The notes under the pieces are model-generated. The model was not told where the DNA came from. It did not search any database and saw only the letters and a list, made by a program, of their open reading frames with translations. Shown piece by piece: positions 51,522 through 62,402 of a stretch of DNA of 64,000 bases. Every line of letters starts with the position of its first letter. The first letter of the stretch is position 1. This DNA comes from a virus. Location: IMG/VR virus record IMGVR_UViG_3300036939_000074, one strand, 5' to 3'. The translations under genes and the position numbers were made by a program.

Positions 51522-54500
51522 TCAACGAGTGCTTTGCCGCAACTGCTCCAAAATTGTGCGCTCTTCCGGCGTGAGTTGAGCGATCGCTTGAGAGTAAAGC
51601 TCAACGCCCACTCGCTTTTTGAGGTCAATTAGACGACGAATCATTTCCGAGTGAGTGAGTTCGGTGTGTTTCCACAAAATGCCTGCCGTGAGTTCGCATT
51701 GCACCTGTATCAATTGCCGCTGAGAGTCGGATAGGGGGGTTGTAACCGAAACCGGTGCCGTTGTAACCGACTTCTCGGCACAACTGGTTACAGGTTCCAA
51801 TGGTTGCTGGGTAAGGGGTTGAGCATCTCGTGTAACCGCTGACACCGTGTAACCGGAATTTGGGGTGCTCCCCTCTATAGGAGAAGAATGAACTGAATTA
51901 AAAGAAGGGTTACTTTTCTCTTCTATTACCTCTTTATTTTCAGTTACATGGTTACAACTACTACTTAAGGAGGCTGTATCCATTGAGAATAGGTCGTTTT
52001 CAGGTGTAACTAACTCATGGTTACACTCAGTTACATCAGTTACACCAAATAATTGAGCGGGAATGAGCCACGCCTTGCGCGGGATGGTTTCGGGTGGATT
52101 GGGTAGAACCTCCACACCGTCCACCATGCGCGGCACGATGAGGGCGCGTTCATAGGCTAAGACCTGGTCCTGGGATCTCGCAAAGCGAACGGTGGTATCG
52201 ACAACGCCCCCCAACTTGATCACCAGTGGCTTCAGTGCCTTTAAGTTGTAGGTCGCCGGTTTAAAGCGACGATCCACCAGATTCCAGGCGTCGGCTGTGT
52301 AGATAGCGACGTAGTGGCAGCCACCGCGTTCAACATGGCGCTTGAGATTCCAGTCGCCTACCTTTGATTCCGATTCCAGGGCTAAAAGTTTCTCGACGAA
52401 ATCTTGTAAGGAGTCGCCGGAGGAATCAGCATCGTTCTCGGAAGAGCATAGGTTGTCAATCACCCAACTCTTCATGTCCTCCAGGCCGCCTGTCAGGTCG
52501 ATCACCTTCTGGGCATACCAGGTGACGATAGCTAAGCTCTGAGCGATTCTGGCATGGGCTAAGGGGAGACGCGGGAGTAACTCAGCCTCAAGAGACGCGA
52601 TCGCCTCTTTAGGGCAGCCCAGTTTCAACAGCTGGGGGAATGCACCAGAGGCTTTGGCTTGGGCTACCTTAAGTTCCTGGAATGATGCCTTGCTGCCTTC
52701 GGAGGCGCGTTCAAAGGGCAGACGGATGAAGCGGGTATAGGTTGCCGCTTGGTCACCCCCAAATACGTGATTGGACGTGATGCCCATGGGTGCGTGAGGC
52801 ACCTGTTCGTTGCCCCGAACCTTACGCGGCTTCCAGTTATACCAATTCTTGGCAAGTTCTTCCGTCTCCGGATTGCGCTCTGGGTCGTCCCAGAAGAAGG
52901 GCAAGCTGCCCGTTCGGCAACCGTGTTCGTAGAGGGCGGAAGTACTCACTCGTGCCAGCATTCCCACCTGGGGCCAGTTGGTGCCTACTAAGGAGAGAGC
53001 GGTTTCAGCGGCGAGTGTTTTGCAGCTGCCCGGTTCTCCATGGGAGTTAAGAAGGGGGAAAGAGCTATCACTATTGAAAATTTCCTGAGAGTGTAATCCC
53101 GCCGCCACCCACCCGATCGCCAGTAAGACTTGATAGATGTTCTTACTACCAAAGAATTTACGGGAGCCTGCAATGAGTCGGGAGAGCGCCTCTGGATCTT
53201 CAGGGGCAAGCTCTGGGCAGGGGATAAAGTCGTCTTTCCCTAGGGAGGGGTTAAAGACCCAACCTGACTCATTCTCGTCGGTTAGGTTACCTTCCTTGGT
53301 ATACTGGCGATCGCGGAAGACCCACACGCCATCCACTTGTTGCCCATAGCGGTCGATTCGTTTGAATACCTTACCTTGTCGGGTGGTACGATATTCATGC
53401 AGGCGCACATTGAATAGCGCTTGCAGTTGATTGCGGGATAAGTTACAGACAATTCCCACCCCCAACGCCTTCTTCATGGCATCAATGAAAGTATCAACCT
53501 TTGTGTAATCGGTGGAGTTGAGGATTACTCTTTGCTGGTGACTCTCGAAAGATCGTTTGACTTGGAGCACCAAAGCACCGCCAAAATCATCCTGAATTTC
53601 CCGCTCTACGACAAAATCAAAGTTACACAAGGGTTGCCAAACTTTACGGACTTCTTCCCCCTTGCCGACCATAATCCATTCGCCAATTTCCCCCATGTAT
53701 GACATTGGAGCCTTCCAGGCACTGCGTTGCCAGCGATATTGATTTTCCTCTTCTTCTTCGTCAATCGCTTGCTCGATCGCATTTTCGAGCTGACGGTACA
53801 TTTGTTCGTCGGGGACACCTGCACCCTGGATGTAATCAATCCAATCTTTGGCATCTCCCTTCTCCGGCATTTCGGGCCATAAAATCAGCGGGTTAATCGC
53901 GACCGCTGTCACTTTTTGCTGATGACAGGCTTTGAGTAAAGCCGCTGCACTATCTCTCCCAGTCTTGTCATTATCGGCCCAAATTACCAGCAGCGGCTTA
54001 AGCCCAGAGTCGTCGTTAGACAAGCCGGGTTCTTCGTCGAGCTGCTCATAATTGAAGCTAAAGGCGTCTTTTAAGCCTTTGGCAATCCAAGGGAACCCCC
54101 CTTCACCGCCTTGGTTGCAAGTGGCAACGAGGCCAATGCTACGGATGGATTCAACTGCCGATTCTCCCCCTACGGCAAACACAATCCCACGATTTTTTAG
54201 GGTTTCAACCGCTTCATCCTGACGGTATAACGGCCAAGGGTCTCCCCCTTTCCCGATCTTCCAATCCCCTCCCTCGGTCTGCCAGTACGGGCGTACCAAT
54301 TTGGTTTGCTTGCCATAGGCTGGACGGCGATCGCTCCACTGAGTGCGGACGACTTTTTGATTAGGTGAGTACTGATACTCGATAAATTGCTCTTTGGCCC
54401 CTGTTTTGGGGTCGTGGGTGACAATTTCGGCAATCTCCGTCATGGGCACCTCTAAGATGCCTACCCCTAAAGAGTCTTTGAGTTTGAGCTTGACGGCTAA

Positions 54501-54935
54501 ATAATGTTGGCCTTGTTTCTGTTTGCTAAAAATTTGATGCACAACATACAAGCTATCGGCACCGCCGGGATTACCACTTTGTAGGCGAACGACATGGTCT
54601 TTGCCTAATTCCTTCAAGCTAATCTTTAAATCGCTGTACGTGGGAGCTGCGATTTCTGTTCGGGGGTGGAACTGGATTTGCTTGGGGTATTTTTTACTTT
54701 TACGCGGCTTGTGATGAATGCCATCGGTGCTGGCAAAGATGCTGCGCCCATCCTTGGCAAGTCCTGCATACTTCCAACCTTCCGGGACAAGAAGGGCGTC
54801 CGTCCATTGACAGACAACCTTGTAGGTTTTCCCAGCTTCATCCTTAATTAGGCCGCAATAGCGATCTTTGGAGCACAAGGGGCAGCAGTCTTGCGACGAA
54901 GCTTCTATAATGGGATTTTTAGTTGCGATCGCCAC
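51522..54935 (-). CDS. Replication primase-helicase (Zn-finger, TOPRIM, P-loop ATPase)
   Basis: CPLC...C...C; GGESAV...WADNDKTG (TOPRIM); HGEPGSCKT and FFWDD (Walker A/B); GTG start after AGGGAGG. Confidence 0.8.
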   Translation of the reverse strand: MAIATKNPIIEASSQDCCPLCSKDRYCGLIKDEAGKTYKVVCQWTDALLVPEGWKYAGLAKDGRSIFASTDGIHHKPRKSKKYPKQIQFHPRTEIAAPTYSDLKISLKELGKDHVVRLQSGNPGGADSLYVVHQIFSKQKQGQHYLAVKLKLKDSLGVGILEVPMTEIAEIVTHDPKTGAKEQFIEYQYSPNQKVVRTQWSDRRPAYGKQTKLVRPYWQTEGGDWKIGKGGDPWPLYRQDEAVETLKNRGIVFAVGGESAVESIRSIGLVATCNQGGEGGFPWIAKGLKDAFSFNYEQLDEEPGLSNDDSGLKPLLVIWADNDKTGRDSAAALLKACHQQKVTAVAINPLILWPEMPEKGDAKDWIDYIQGAGVPDEQMYRQLENAIEQAIDEEEEENQYRWQRSAWKAPMSYMGEIGEWIMVGKGEEVRKVWQPLCNFDFVVEREIQDDFGGALVLQVKRSFESHQQRVILNSTDYTKVDTFIDAMKKALGVGIVCNLSRNQLQALFNVRLHEYRTTRQGKVFKRIDRYGQQVDGVWVFRDRQYTKEGNLTDENESGWVFNPSLGKDDFIPCPELAPEDPEALSRLIAGSRKFFGSKNIYQVLLAIGWVAAGLHSQEIFNSDSSFPLLNSHGEPGSCKTLAAETALSLVGTNWPQVGMLARVSTSALYEHGCRTGSLPFFWDDPERNPETEELAKNWYNWKPRKVRGNEQVPHAPMGITSNHVFGGDQAATYTRFIRLPFERASEGSKASFQELKVAQAKASGAFPQLLKLGCPKEAIASLEAELLPRLPLAHARIAQSLAIVTWYAQKVIDLTGGLEDMKSWVIDNLCSSENDADSSGDSLQDFVEKLLALESESKVGDWNLKRHVERGGCHYVAIYTADAWNLVDRRFKPATYNLKALKPLVIKLGGVVDTTVRFARSQDQVLAYERALIVPRMVDGVEVLPNPPETIPRKAWLIPAQLFGVTDVTECNHELVTPENDLFSMDTASLSSSCNHVTENKEVIEEKSNPSFNSVHSSPIEGSTPNSGYTVSAVTRDAQPLTQQPLEPVTSCAEKSVTTAPVSVTTPLSDSQRQLIQVQCELTAGILWKHTELTHSEMIRRLIDLKKRVGVELYSQAIAQLTPEERTILEQLRQSTR

Positions 54936-55436
54936 ACTTTACCTCCCTGAGTTGAATAATTCGATCAAAGTTCTTCACCAATGTGACTTGGTGAAGCGTT
55001 AATTTTTGGGAATGGATTGATGAAAAAACGTTTCTTATGGTACAATTGCCACAAAGCATGTGTTGATACATGAGGTTTCCTATGGCTGGATAAAGAAGCC
55101 TGTGATACTTTGAGTTCTTACTCATTCCAGCAAGCAACAACAGACTGTGTTTGTAAGCTAAATCTAAGAAAACGAACTACGAGTACGACAATTTGCCCCG
55201 GACTCTTAACCTGCTGCTGGTACGGCACGTCAAGATGAAGGGGCGATTTTTTTGGCGCTCCAGGTGTAAAAATTGACAAGAAAATTCTATCTCAAAATCG
55301 GCGCATTTTTCAGCGCATTCAGCGCATTTTTAGGACAAGCCGAAGGGGTGCCTTCCTGAAGGTGGGTTATGATAACGCATTTTGACGGGTTTGACAAATT
55401 TGATAAAATATGAGGAAAACCCCATATAAGTAAGCC

Positions 55437-56447
55437 GTGAAGCATTTAGTCAAGCAATTGAAGGTAATAGACGAGCAGCAACAATACGAGATCAACAAAA
55501 AGATAGTGCTGATTTTGTCAAGGAGCTGCAAGCACCACGCTCAATTAAGTGGCTTGACAAAATATGGCTACACCCGGATAGCCACGTATTTGAGAGCGCG
55601 CCTGGGTCCAGTCGTGTGCCAAAGAATCATTCACCTAGAAAATCGCATTGATAAAATGCTGAGGCTTGGAACTACAGGCAGACAGCGCCCCGACGAAGAA
55701 CTTCTCAAACTAATGGCTGAGGCAGGGTTCCTCTGGAACAGCCGGGACAAACGCTATTATCTCCCAGAGGAGATAACAGCGATTATAAATGGGGAGAGTT
55801 TACCCGCCATAACCGTGGAAGTGATTCAACTTCACTTGAGAGCGATGCGGCTACCCAACCCACAAAAATTGTTACTAGCGTATCGGATATTGTCAGATGT
55901 AACCTCGCGGGAGCTAGAGCAGACCATAAGCCAAACCGTAGAAAAAGAAGACGAAATAGCAGAAGAACTAGGTTTCCTAGAGTCTGAGTCAGAGGACTCA
56001 GACACCCTTCCAGAAATAAATTCGATTCATCATAAAATTGCATCATCCTTAACGGGCGAAGACTCGCCTACATTTATAGCGAAGGAAGGAATGATGGCAG
56101 GTACGGGACTGACACAAAGTGCGACAGAAAGATTAGTGCGCTTGTACTATAAAAGTACAGAAAAACTTGGTTACCAATACAATCCGGTTGAGGCAGCTTT
56201 GGGATTGGGTTGTCCAGAAACAGGGAGTTTGGGCTTCACACGGGATACACTAATCTCGGTGCATCAAGGAGAGATTGGCCCTAGCTGGGGACCTGTTCTA
56301 AGTGATGGAGATTGGTATGCAATAGCCCAGTCGTGCTATATTCCCGAATGCTGGGAAGGTAATGAACCCATCTTGTCGGACTCTCGTTTCTTTGGAGATA
56401 CCCAAGCTCTCAAGCGTGCTGTTGAGACCAGCACTCATCTATGCTAA
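55437..56447 (+). CDS. Hypothetical protein, possible N-terminal HTH
   Basis: 336-aa ORF divergent from the primase; YGYTRIATYL is helix-turn-helix-like. Confidence 0.55.
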   Translation: MKHLVKQLKVIDEQQQYEINKKIVLILSRSCKHHAQLSGLTKYGYTRIATYLRARLGPVVCQRIIHLENRIDKMLRLGTTGRQRPDEELLKLMAEAGFLWNSRDKRYYLPEEITAIINGESLPAITVEVIQLHLRAMRLPNPQKLLLAYRILSDVTSRELEQTISQTVEKEDEIAEELGFLESESEDSDTLPEINSIHHKIASSLTGEDSPTFIAKEGMMAGTGLTQSATERLVRLYYKSTEKLGYQYNPVEAALGLGCPETGSLGFTRDTLISVHQGEIGPSWGPVLSDGDWYAIAQSCYIPECWEGNEPILSDSRFFGDTQALKRAVETSTHLC

Positions 56448-57021
56448 GAAAACTTTCAACCAGAATCTTCACATCACGGCTTAAGCAGTAAAGCTTCAGA
56501 GCAGCAACGCTTTCTTCATGTTTCGATCCATCTAAATTGATGGGACGAAAGCTAACTGTTGTCTTGAAACAATAAGAAGCCTCATTTACCAAACTTCTAC
56601 ACTCAACAAGCTGCTCATACTCTTCAATTAACTGGCTAATAGCTTGCTCTCGCATAGCCGGATTTTCATAGAAATCCTGGCTCAAGACGGGCTTAGGTTG
56701 GGTGCCTGTACCGAAACAACGACGATGGGGATGAGACTGTTCCAGCAGGTGCCCCGTCGCTAAATCCGTCAAAATTTCCATTTTTTGACTGCGTCGGATG
56801 GACATTCGTAATACGCGCAGTTTCGCTTCAATGACAGCTTGCTCGTAAGACTTTAAGGGGCAGGAAAAAAAAGTGCTGCTCAGAGCATCCGGATTTGGGC
56901 GATAAAACACGCGGTAATAGTAATGACCCCCCTCGGAATTGATTTCAATCAACCCTGAATTAAAGAGCAGCCAACCCGGATTGAAGGACGAGCAAAACTG
57001 GCTTGGGTAGATGCTATTCAT
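56410..57021 (-). CDS. Hypothetical protein
   Basis: 203-aa ORF. Confidence 0.55.
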   Translation of the reverse strand: MNSIYPSQFCSSFNPGWLLFNSGLIEINSEGGHYYYRVFYRPNPDALSSTFFSCPLKSYEQAVIEAKLRVLRMSIRRSQKMEILTDLATGHLLEQSHPHRRCFGTGTQPKPVLSQDFYENPAMREQAISQLIEEYEQLVECRSLVNEASYCFKTTVSFRPINLDGSKHEESVAALKLYCLSRDVKILVESFLSIDECWSQQHA

Positions 57022-57392
57022 AGTTCCTAATTTCTACGGTACCTTTGGGCACTTGCGTCATACGCTTTTCTAGAATGCCAAGGTTTTCACCTTTTAAAAT
57101 TGGTATATTTACGGATTTGTAGATGTATTATTTGTGTCTTTCCCTATCGAGGACACCTACCAAAAATGAGTTGCAATGCAGCGACTTCTATGCATGTAAG
57201 ACAAAATGTAGTCATTGCTACGGTTTCTCGATTTTACGAGCGTCTTCTAGATAGTCAAGTATAGCTTATCAATTAAAATCAAAATAATCAAGTCTATTTA
57301 TGCGTAACAAGGTAAGCCAAATTTACCAAAATCAGTATGTCGATTTTGGAATAGGCGGCGAGCAACGCTCTCCTCGCCGATATCAACGCAAA

Positions 57393-58607
57393 TTAGGACT
57401 GAGCATTAGGCGGAATCGGGGAGCCGCCACTGACTTGAGCTGGCGTTGGTGAATCAGGATACAAGCGCCTGAGACTCATCGCGACCGTACCTTGTGGGAA
57501 AAACACACGCAACTGCCAGATCCCCTGCCCCCGATTGAGACATTTGAGCGTCCCATAAAATAAGACCATTCGTTCCCTAACTAAGGGATTGACTTCTTTG
57601 TAGTCGGCAATCTCAAAAAACTGGGGGTCAAAGCGACTATGAATTTTATGGCCGTTGACATAGGTATCGGCGTTCGTTCCGCCTATTGGTGGTACGCCTT
57701 TCCATTTCATCAAGCTCATATCGATGAGCCAAAAATCCACATAATCTGGAGTCGGTTGCCCGTCGGCTCCATTGCCTTGACCAATTCCATCTCGGATAAA
57801 CTTGGAAGGAACAATGGGGACTGGGGCTGAAGAACCTGGAATCAAAACAGCCGCTGCTCGCTTGTCAGCCGGAACCTCACTAAAATTAATAACGGAGAGT
57901 TTACTCCCACCCTTCATCGACGCCTCTTCTTCTAAGAAGAATTGGGTTCCGAGTACTGAAGAAAAGATATGGGTGATTTTCCGGTTGACCACCTCATCGC
58001 CAACCGCTCGGCCTGCAACCCCCCGTAACATGGGTGCAATCTTATCCCCAGCGCGAGTGTCGCACCAGAAGGCATGGTCACGCGGCATCTGCTTGGCCCA
58101 ACCGTTAAATTCCATGGGGCGCAACGAAGCATCGCCATGAATTAGCGATCGCTCCAGTAATTTGCACGCACTGGAATAAAGGTTGAACGTTTTAGTGTTC
58201 AACGTGTTGCCGTAAGGCCGATTATTGGCAAAATCCAAAGATTGGGCGTAATGACTCAATTTAAAAGAGCCACCCCCAGCTTTGTTGCGTTCTCCAGGGT
58301 CAGATAAATCGGCTGCGGGATAACTACTAGGAGTACGGATTAAGCCAGCCGTCGTATATTTATCAATAAACCCCGTCGGCATCTCAACAACATCCAATAT
58401 TTCTTGGTTGTTGTCAGCGGTTGAGAGTTCTTTGGTAATTAACGGCCAAATTGTAATTTCATCAGAAGTGACCAAGTAGCGGCCAATTTCTTCGTTAAAA
58501 TCCTGATTTACGATGAAACCATCCAACAATTGAGCCGAAGCTTTTAAATCAAAAAAGCCATCCCGCTCATCAGTAAACAGTGGTGGAGAAGACTCGGTAA
58601 CAAACAT
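57393..58607 (-). CDS. Major capsid protein (HK97-type fold, inferred)
   Basis: 404 aa directly after the protease/scaffold; LERSLIHGDASLRPMEFNGW resembles E--LI-GD----P-EFDGL of capsids; followed by a hairpin. Confidence 0.7.
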   Translation of the reverse strand: MFVTESSPPLFTDERDGFFDLKASAQLLDGFIVNQDFNEEIGRYLVTSDEITIWPLITKELSTADNNQEILDVVEMPTGFIDKYTTAGLIRTPSSYPAADLSDPGERNKAGGGSFKLSHYAQSLDFANNRPYGNTLNTKTFNLYSSACKLLERSLIHGDASLRPMEFNGWAKQMPRDHAFWCDTRAGDKIAPMLRGVAGRAVGDEVVNRKITHIFSSVLGTQFFLEEEASMKGGSKLSVINFSEVPADKRAAAVLIPGSSAPVPIVPSKFIRDGIGQGNGADGQPTPDYVDFWLIDMSLMKWKGVPPIGGTNADTYVNGHKIHSRFDPQFFEIADYKEVNPLVRERMVLFYGTLKCLNRGQGIWQLRVFFPQGTVAMSLRRLYPDSPTPAQVSGGSPIPPNAQS

Positions 58608-58640
58608 GAAGAAATATCCGTAAAAAGACCAACGAATGAC

Positions 58641-60503
58641 TTAAACAAATTCTTGCAATTGAGATTCAATGCTGCGTTTTTGAGTCAACATACCAGCTCG
58701 CTGCGTTGGGTCGCGCTCTTGCTCAATTTGTCTGCCGAGCTGGAATAATTGAAACTCCAATTGCTGCTTGGGGTCGTTGAAATTAGAGAAGGAAGCTCCA
58801 GCCGCTAAGGGCACCGGTGTTGTGCCGGGGGAAGTGGTAATGCGTTCCGGTTGGTTGCCGCCTCCCCTGCGTTTAACACTGGCTTGAATCGTATCCACCC
58901 GTGCATTGATTTCCTGGAATTTCGGCTCTAAAGCTGAAAGCACCCCTTGAATAAACTGAGTTTGCTCTGATGCCTTCTGCTCAGCGGAGGCTGCCGCAAT
59001 TTTTTCCTCCTGTGCGCGTCTGCGCTCTTCGGCGAACTCCTTGACGATGCCACCCAGCTCTGAAAGTTGGTCTCTGAGTTGCCGAATTTCAGTATCATGC
59101 CTATCTTGAGACGCCCTCACCGAGTCCGTGAGCCGAGACAGTTGCACCATCAAACCATCATCCTCACCAGTGCCACTCGCACTAATATGTAAGGGCTTAA
59201 GTTGGACGATATTATCCAGCAAAGATTGAGCGGCGGTGAGTCCAGTGGTTTGGTAGGTTGCCAGTTTTTTAAACAGAATATTGGCACCCAGCAATTTCAA
59301 GTCATCAATGCGATAAACCTGTTTGCCATTGATGCTAACCACCTCTCCCTTGTAAGCCCGAGCGTTAATGGAAGCACCCAAATCTTTTTGGGCTGCAATA
59401 ATCGCCTGAGTTTTTTCCGGTTGATTATGGGCAAACAAATAAGCATTGGCAAAACACTCGTTGCCTTCAATGCCAACAGACTCAATCACACCACAAACTC
59501 GGTCATCGGCATGTTTGCAAAGAGATGGGTCGGCATCCAGAGGTAGCATTCTTGTACCATAGCCAATGGCTTTAAGAACAGCGTCTTTGGTGATCAAAAG
59601 AGGCAAAGGCGAACCCATGCTCGGAGCCGTATCCGAAACTTCATCCACCTTAAACAAACACAAGCGTATGGGATGCAGGTTTTCATGCACCTGAGGATTG
59701 CCCTTAGCCATGATCAACGGACTCTCAAAATTCAAGTCCATGGTGTGAGAAGGCGTAATATCCAGCAAGGATTCAGGGGCAATCTCAGTTGGGTTTTGAT
59801 TGGGTAGGGTGGGTGCGGGTTCAGATGTGGCAGGTTGAGTGGGAGCCGTTTCAGGACTACCCGGAGTAGGTGCAGTGCTAGGTAGAGGGGTGGGAGATGG
59901 GGGTATCTCGGTCGGTGGATCAGCGGTTGCCGCTGACATGCCCATATAAGAGTCATACACAGCGGCGTCTCGTGCCATGTATTGATTCATCGGGTCTTTA
60001 GCAGGGCCGGGATGCTCTTTAGAAACAGCCAGCAGCAACGTCCCCATATCTGCAATTAATCCAGAAATAATGGAGGCGCGATCGCTATTCCCTTCATGGT
60101 GCTCTTTAAGTTCTTCCTCACTGGCTTCATGGATAAAGCGATAACGAGAGGAGAAGTTATTCCAAAGAATTTTCAGGTTGGAGTAAAATTTCGAGCGCTG
60201 ATAACCCTCAATCAACCCTTCGCGAGCCGCTTGAATTAAATCTGGATTAGCCGATGCTGAAACAACACCTTGATCTTCACTCCACGACCCGGCGGCAATC
60301 AGCACGTCTTTGATTTGGTTTAATCCTTGTGAGGCTAAACCATGAGCCGTTGTGAGTTTGTCTATGTTGGCATTGCTTAAAACCTTACCAACGGCTTGAA
60401 TGAACATGCCAGATTCAGGATTACTGGAGCTAGCTTGAATAAAAAGAGGGGCGTCGCTGTTAATAAGCGAACGCCCCTCAGGGTGGTTCCTTGTCATATT
60501 CAT
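58641..60503 (-). CDS. Prohead protease / scaffold fusion
   Basis: Central CKHADDRVCGVIE...LGASIN (His/Ser, assemblin-like); Pro-rich linker; coiled-coil C-terminus. Confidence 0.65.
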   Translation of the reverse strand: MNMTRNHPEGRSLINSDAPLFIQASSSNPESGMFIQAVGKVLSNANIDKLTTAHGLASQGLNQIKDVLIAAGSWSEDQGVVSASANPDLIQAAREGLIEGYQRSKFYSNLKILWNNFSSRYRFIHEASEEELKEHHEGNSDRASIISGLIADMGTLLLAVSKEHPGPAKDPMNQYMARDAAVYDSYMGMSAATADPPTEIPPSPTPLPSTAPTPGSPETAPTQPATSEPAPTLPNQNPTEIAPESLLDITPSHTMDLNFESPLIMAKGNPQVHENLHPIRLCLFKVDEVSDTAPSMGSPLPLLITKDAVLKAIGYGTRMLPLDADPSLCKHADDRVCGVIESVGIEGNECFANAYLFAHNQPEKTQAIIAAQKDLGASINARAYKGEVVSINGKQVYRIDDLKLLGANILFKKLATYQTTGLTAAQSLLDNIVQLKPLHISASGTGEDDGLMVQLSRLTDSVRASQDRHDTEIRQLRDQLSELGGIVKEFAEERRRAQEEKIAAASAEQKASEQTQFIQGVLSALEPKFQEINARVDTIQASVKRRGGGNQPERITTSPGTTPVPLAAGASFSNFNDPKQQLEFQLFQLGRQIEQERDPTQRAGMLTQKRSIESQLQEFV

Positions 60504-60518
60504 AATTGTGGGTAGGGA

Positions 60519-60854
60519 TTAACCTTCCGGATGAGCACTAAAACCCCCGCTTTTTCGAGAGGGTATTGACACTAGAGTACCACAGCTCATGGAGCGTGGT
60601 GGGATTTGGTTCAACCTAAAAAACAAACGGTAATCGTTTGGGTCACCTCCATTGTCAAGCAAAAATCGAGGAAGTTCAACCAATCGTTCGCGGTCCCATA
60701 CAACATGTTTTACGATTTGAGGGGTTACCGAATATCCCCATTCCGTCACCGGCGTGGGAATGCGCTCTTCCAATAGAGCAAGGTTATTTGATGAGTTATT
60801 TTGATAACCAATATCGGGAATCAAATGAGCGGAGGTATCAGAAAAGCCAGCCAT
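60519..60854 (-). CDS. Possible LysM-like / tail X protein
   Basis: C-term YRLFFRLNQIPPRSMSCGTLVSIP resembles LysM I---N-I-P--L--G--L-IP. Confidence 0.45.
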   Translation of the reverse strand: MAGFSDTSAHLIPDIGYQNNSSNNLALLEERIPTPVTEWGYSVTPQIVKHVVWDRERLVELPRFLLDNGGDPNDYRLFFRLNQIPPRSMSCGTLVSIPSRKSGGFSAHPEG

Positions 60855-61347
60855 GAGTGAGCCTCAAATTAAAGTCACAGGTTCCTACTCCAGTTTGATC
60901 CAAAATCTACGGCAGTTGCCCGCCAAACTAGATGCCCTAGGAGCCAGCTGGACAGCCGAAACCGCAGAGGAGGCTAAAACTCGGTATGTTGAGAACTTAA
61001 AAGAAGGTCACAAAAAACCACTATTCCCCTCCTCACGAGGTCGGTTACGCGATCAGATCTTCATCAGCTACCGTAAAGACAAGCAAGGCTGGATCGCCAC
61101 CATGGGTTTCCCGGATGATTGGTCAACCGCAGCGGCCATCACCCAGGATGCAGGTGCCACCATTCAAGTCACGGATGAGATGCGGAATAAGTTTGCCTCT
61201 CACGGCATCCCGTTGCGGGAGGAAACCAAGTTTATCGATATTCCCGGTACCGGCGATTGGTCAAACGCCATGGAAGATATTGAGCTTCACGGGCAAAGTC
61301 GTGCAGAACAGTTGTTTTTAAAAATGATGAAGGAGTTGTTTGGGTAA
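60853..61347 (+). CDS. Virion morphogenesis / tail-completion protein (HK97 gp10-like)
   Basis: GRLRDQI...AGATIQVTDEMR...IDIP pattern. Confidence 0.55.
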   Translation: MSEPQIKVTGSYSSLIQNLRQLPAKLDALGASWTAETAEEAKTRYVENLKEGHKKPLFPSSRGRLRDQIFISYRKDKQGWIATMGFPDDWSTAAAITQDAGATIQVTDEMRNKFASHGIPLREETKFIDIPGTGDWSNAMEDIELHGQSRAEQLFLKMMKELFG

Positions 61348-62400
61348 GTGGGATTTATCATTGGTTCGTTGGATATTATCGACTATCCCCTAAGTCCCCC
61401 CATCCATCCCACATCGGTTTACCTGTGGGAAGGGTTCCAAGTTTTCCCCACGGAGGAAGGGGTCAAGGTGGCGGTGCGCTCAATGAAGCGTCATTGTTAT
61501 CAGCGCCTAGATGAACAGGGACACTGGCAGGACAGCGAAGAAATCACCTACCACACCCCTGAACAAGTTCGCGAAGGGTTACCCCGTTGGATTGGTGGTG
61601 GGATGCAATTTTCTTTCACCCATACCCGTTGGCAGCCAACAGAAGTAAAAATTGGCTTTTGGGCGAGCAAAATGCCCATGCGTTACCTGGTGGAAGATGC
61701 TCTGCTCTCCATGCTGCGTGAACCCATTCGCTTGGTATCAGAACTACATGGGCAGAGTGACTTGAAAATGCTCTACCTACCACCGGGTCTTGAGCCGGAA
61801 CGGATTCGTTCATGTCTGGTGGCTCCTTACGATCAGATGGCACAGCCGGGTGTGATTAATGCCGACGGGCGCTCTATTTCCGTCGAACGGCATAATGATG
61901 AACCCATGTACGGGGGGGTAGTACGACTGATCTTAGACGTTGATTTACGGGTAGATTTGGCTCGCGGAGACTATCAAATTGAAGAATATCCCAGCTGCAT
62001 TGTGCGTGTACCCGACCGCAGCAAAGCCATGCGCTACATGGAAGCATTTGGAGATAATATCTTAATTGCAGGCGCTTCACGTTATTGGAAAGCCTACGCC
62101 GAAGCCGATCGCCCCGTTGATGTTAAAGTCTTAGCCCAAAACAAAGATGAGGCCGAAGCCATTGCATCTCAGCTTATTGGGAGAATTGTCTCCAAAGGAT
62201 TCATCTATGCTCCCCCGTTTGATATGGAATTTGGGGTTATGGTAAATGCAGACATTTCACGCAGCGACGATGAGCAAACGTTTGGCGAACTAGCGGCGGC
62301 TTCATTTGAGGTGATTATCCTCGGAGTGCCGCAAGGAGAAATTACTGCCGAAGCTCCGCGCACCGAAGTGCGCTTAGATGCCAAGCCGAGAGTTTTTTAA
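61348..62400 (+). CDS. Putative virion (neck/tail terminator) protein
   Basis: 350-aa ORF; context only. Confidence 0.45.
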   Translation: MGFIIGSLDIIDYPLSPPIHPTSVYLWEGFQVFPTEEGVKVAVRSMKRHCYQRLDEQGHWQDSEEITYHTPEQVREGLPRWIGGGMQFSFTHTRWQPTEVKIGFWASKMPMRYLVEDALLSMLREPIRLVSELHGQSDLKMLYLPPGLEPERIRSCLVAPYDQMAQPGVINADGRSISVERHNDEPMYGGVVRLILDVDLRVDLARGDYQIEEYPSCIVRVPDRSKAMRYMEAFGDNILIAGASRYWKAYAEADRPVDVKVLAQNKDEAEAIASQLIGRIVSKGFIYAPPFDMEFGVMVNADISRSDDEQTFGELAAASFEVIILGVPQGEITAEAPRTEVRLDAKPRVF

Positions 62401-62402
62401 GC

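Noticed and set aside
51302-51628. ORF as a possible hicA or real gene
   Set aside because: No HicA GSH motif; overlaps the primase stop and spans several palindromes
55141-55436. Replication origin/iterons next to the primase gene (short cagcgcatt and tttgac repeats)
   Set aside because: Repeats are short and irregular and can be explained by promoter elements; position alone is insufficient
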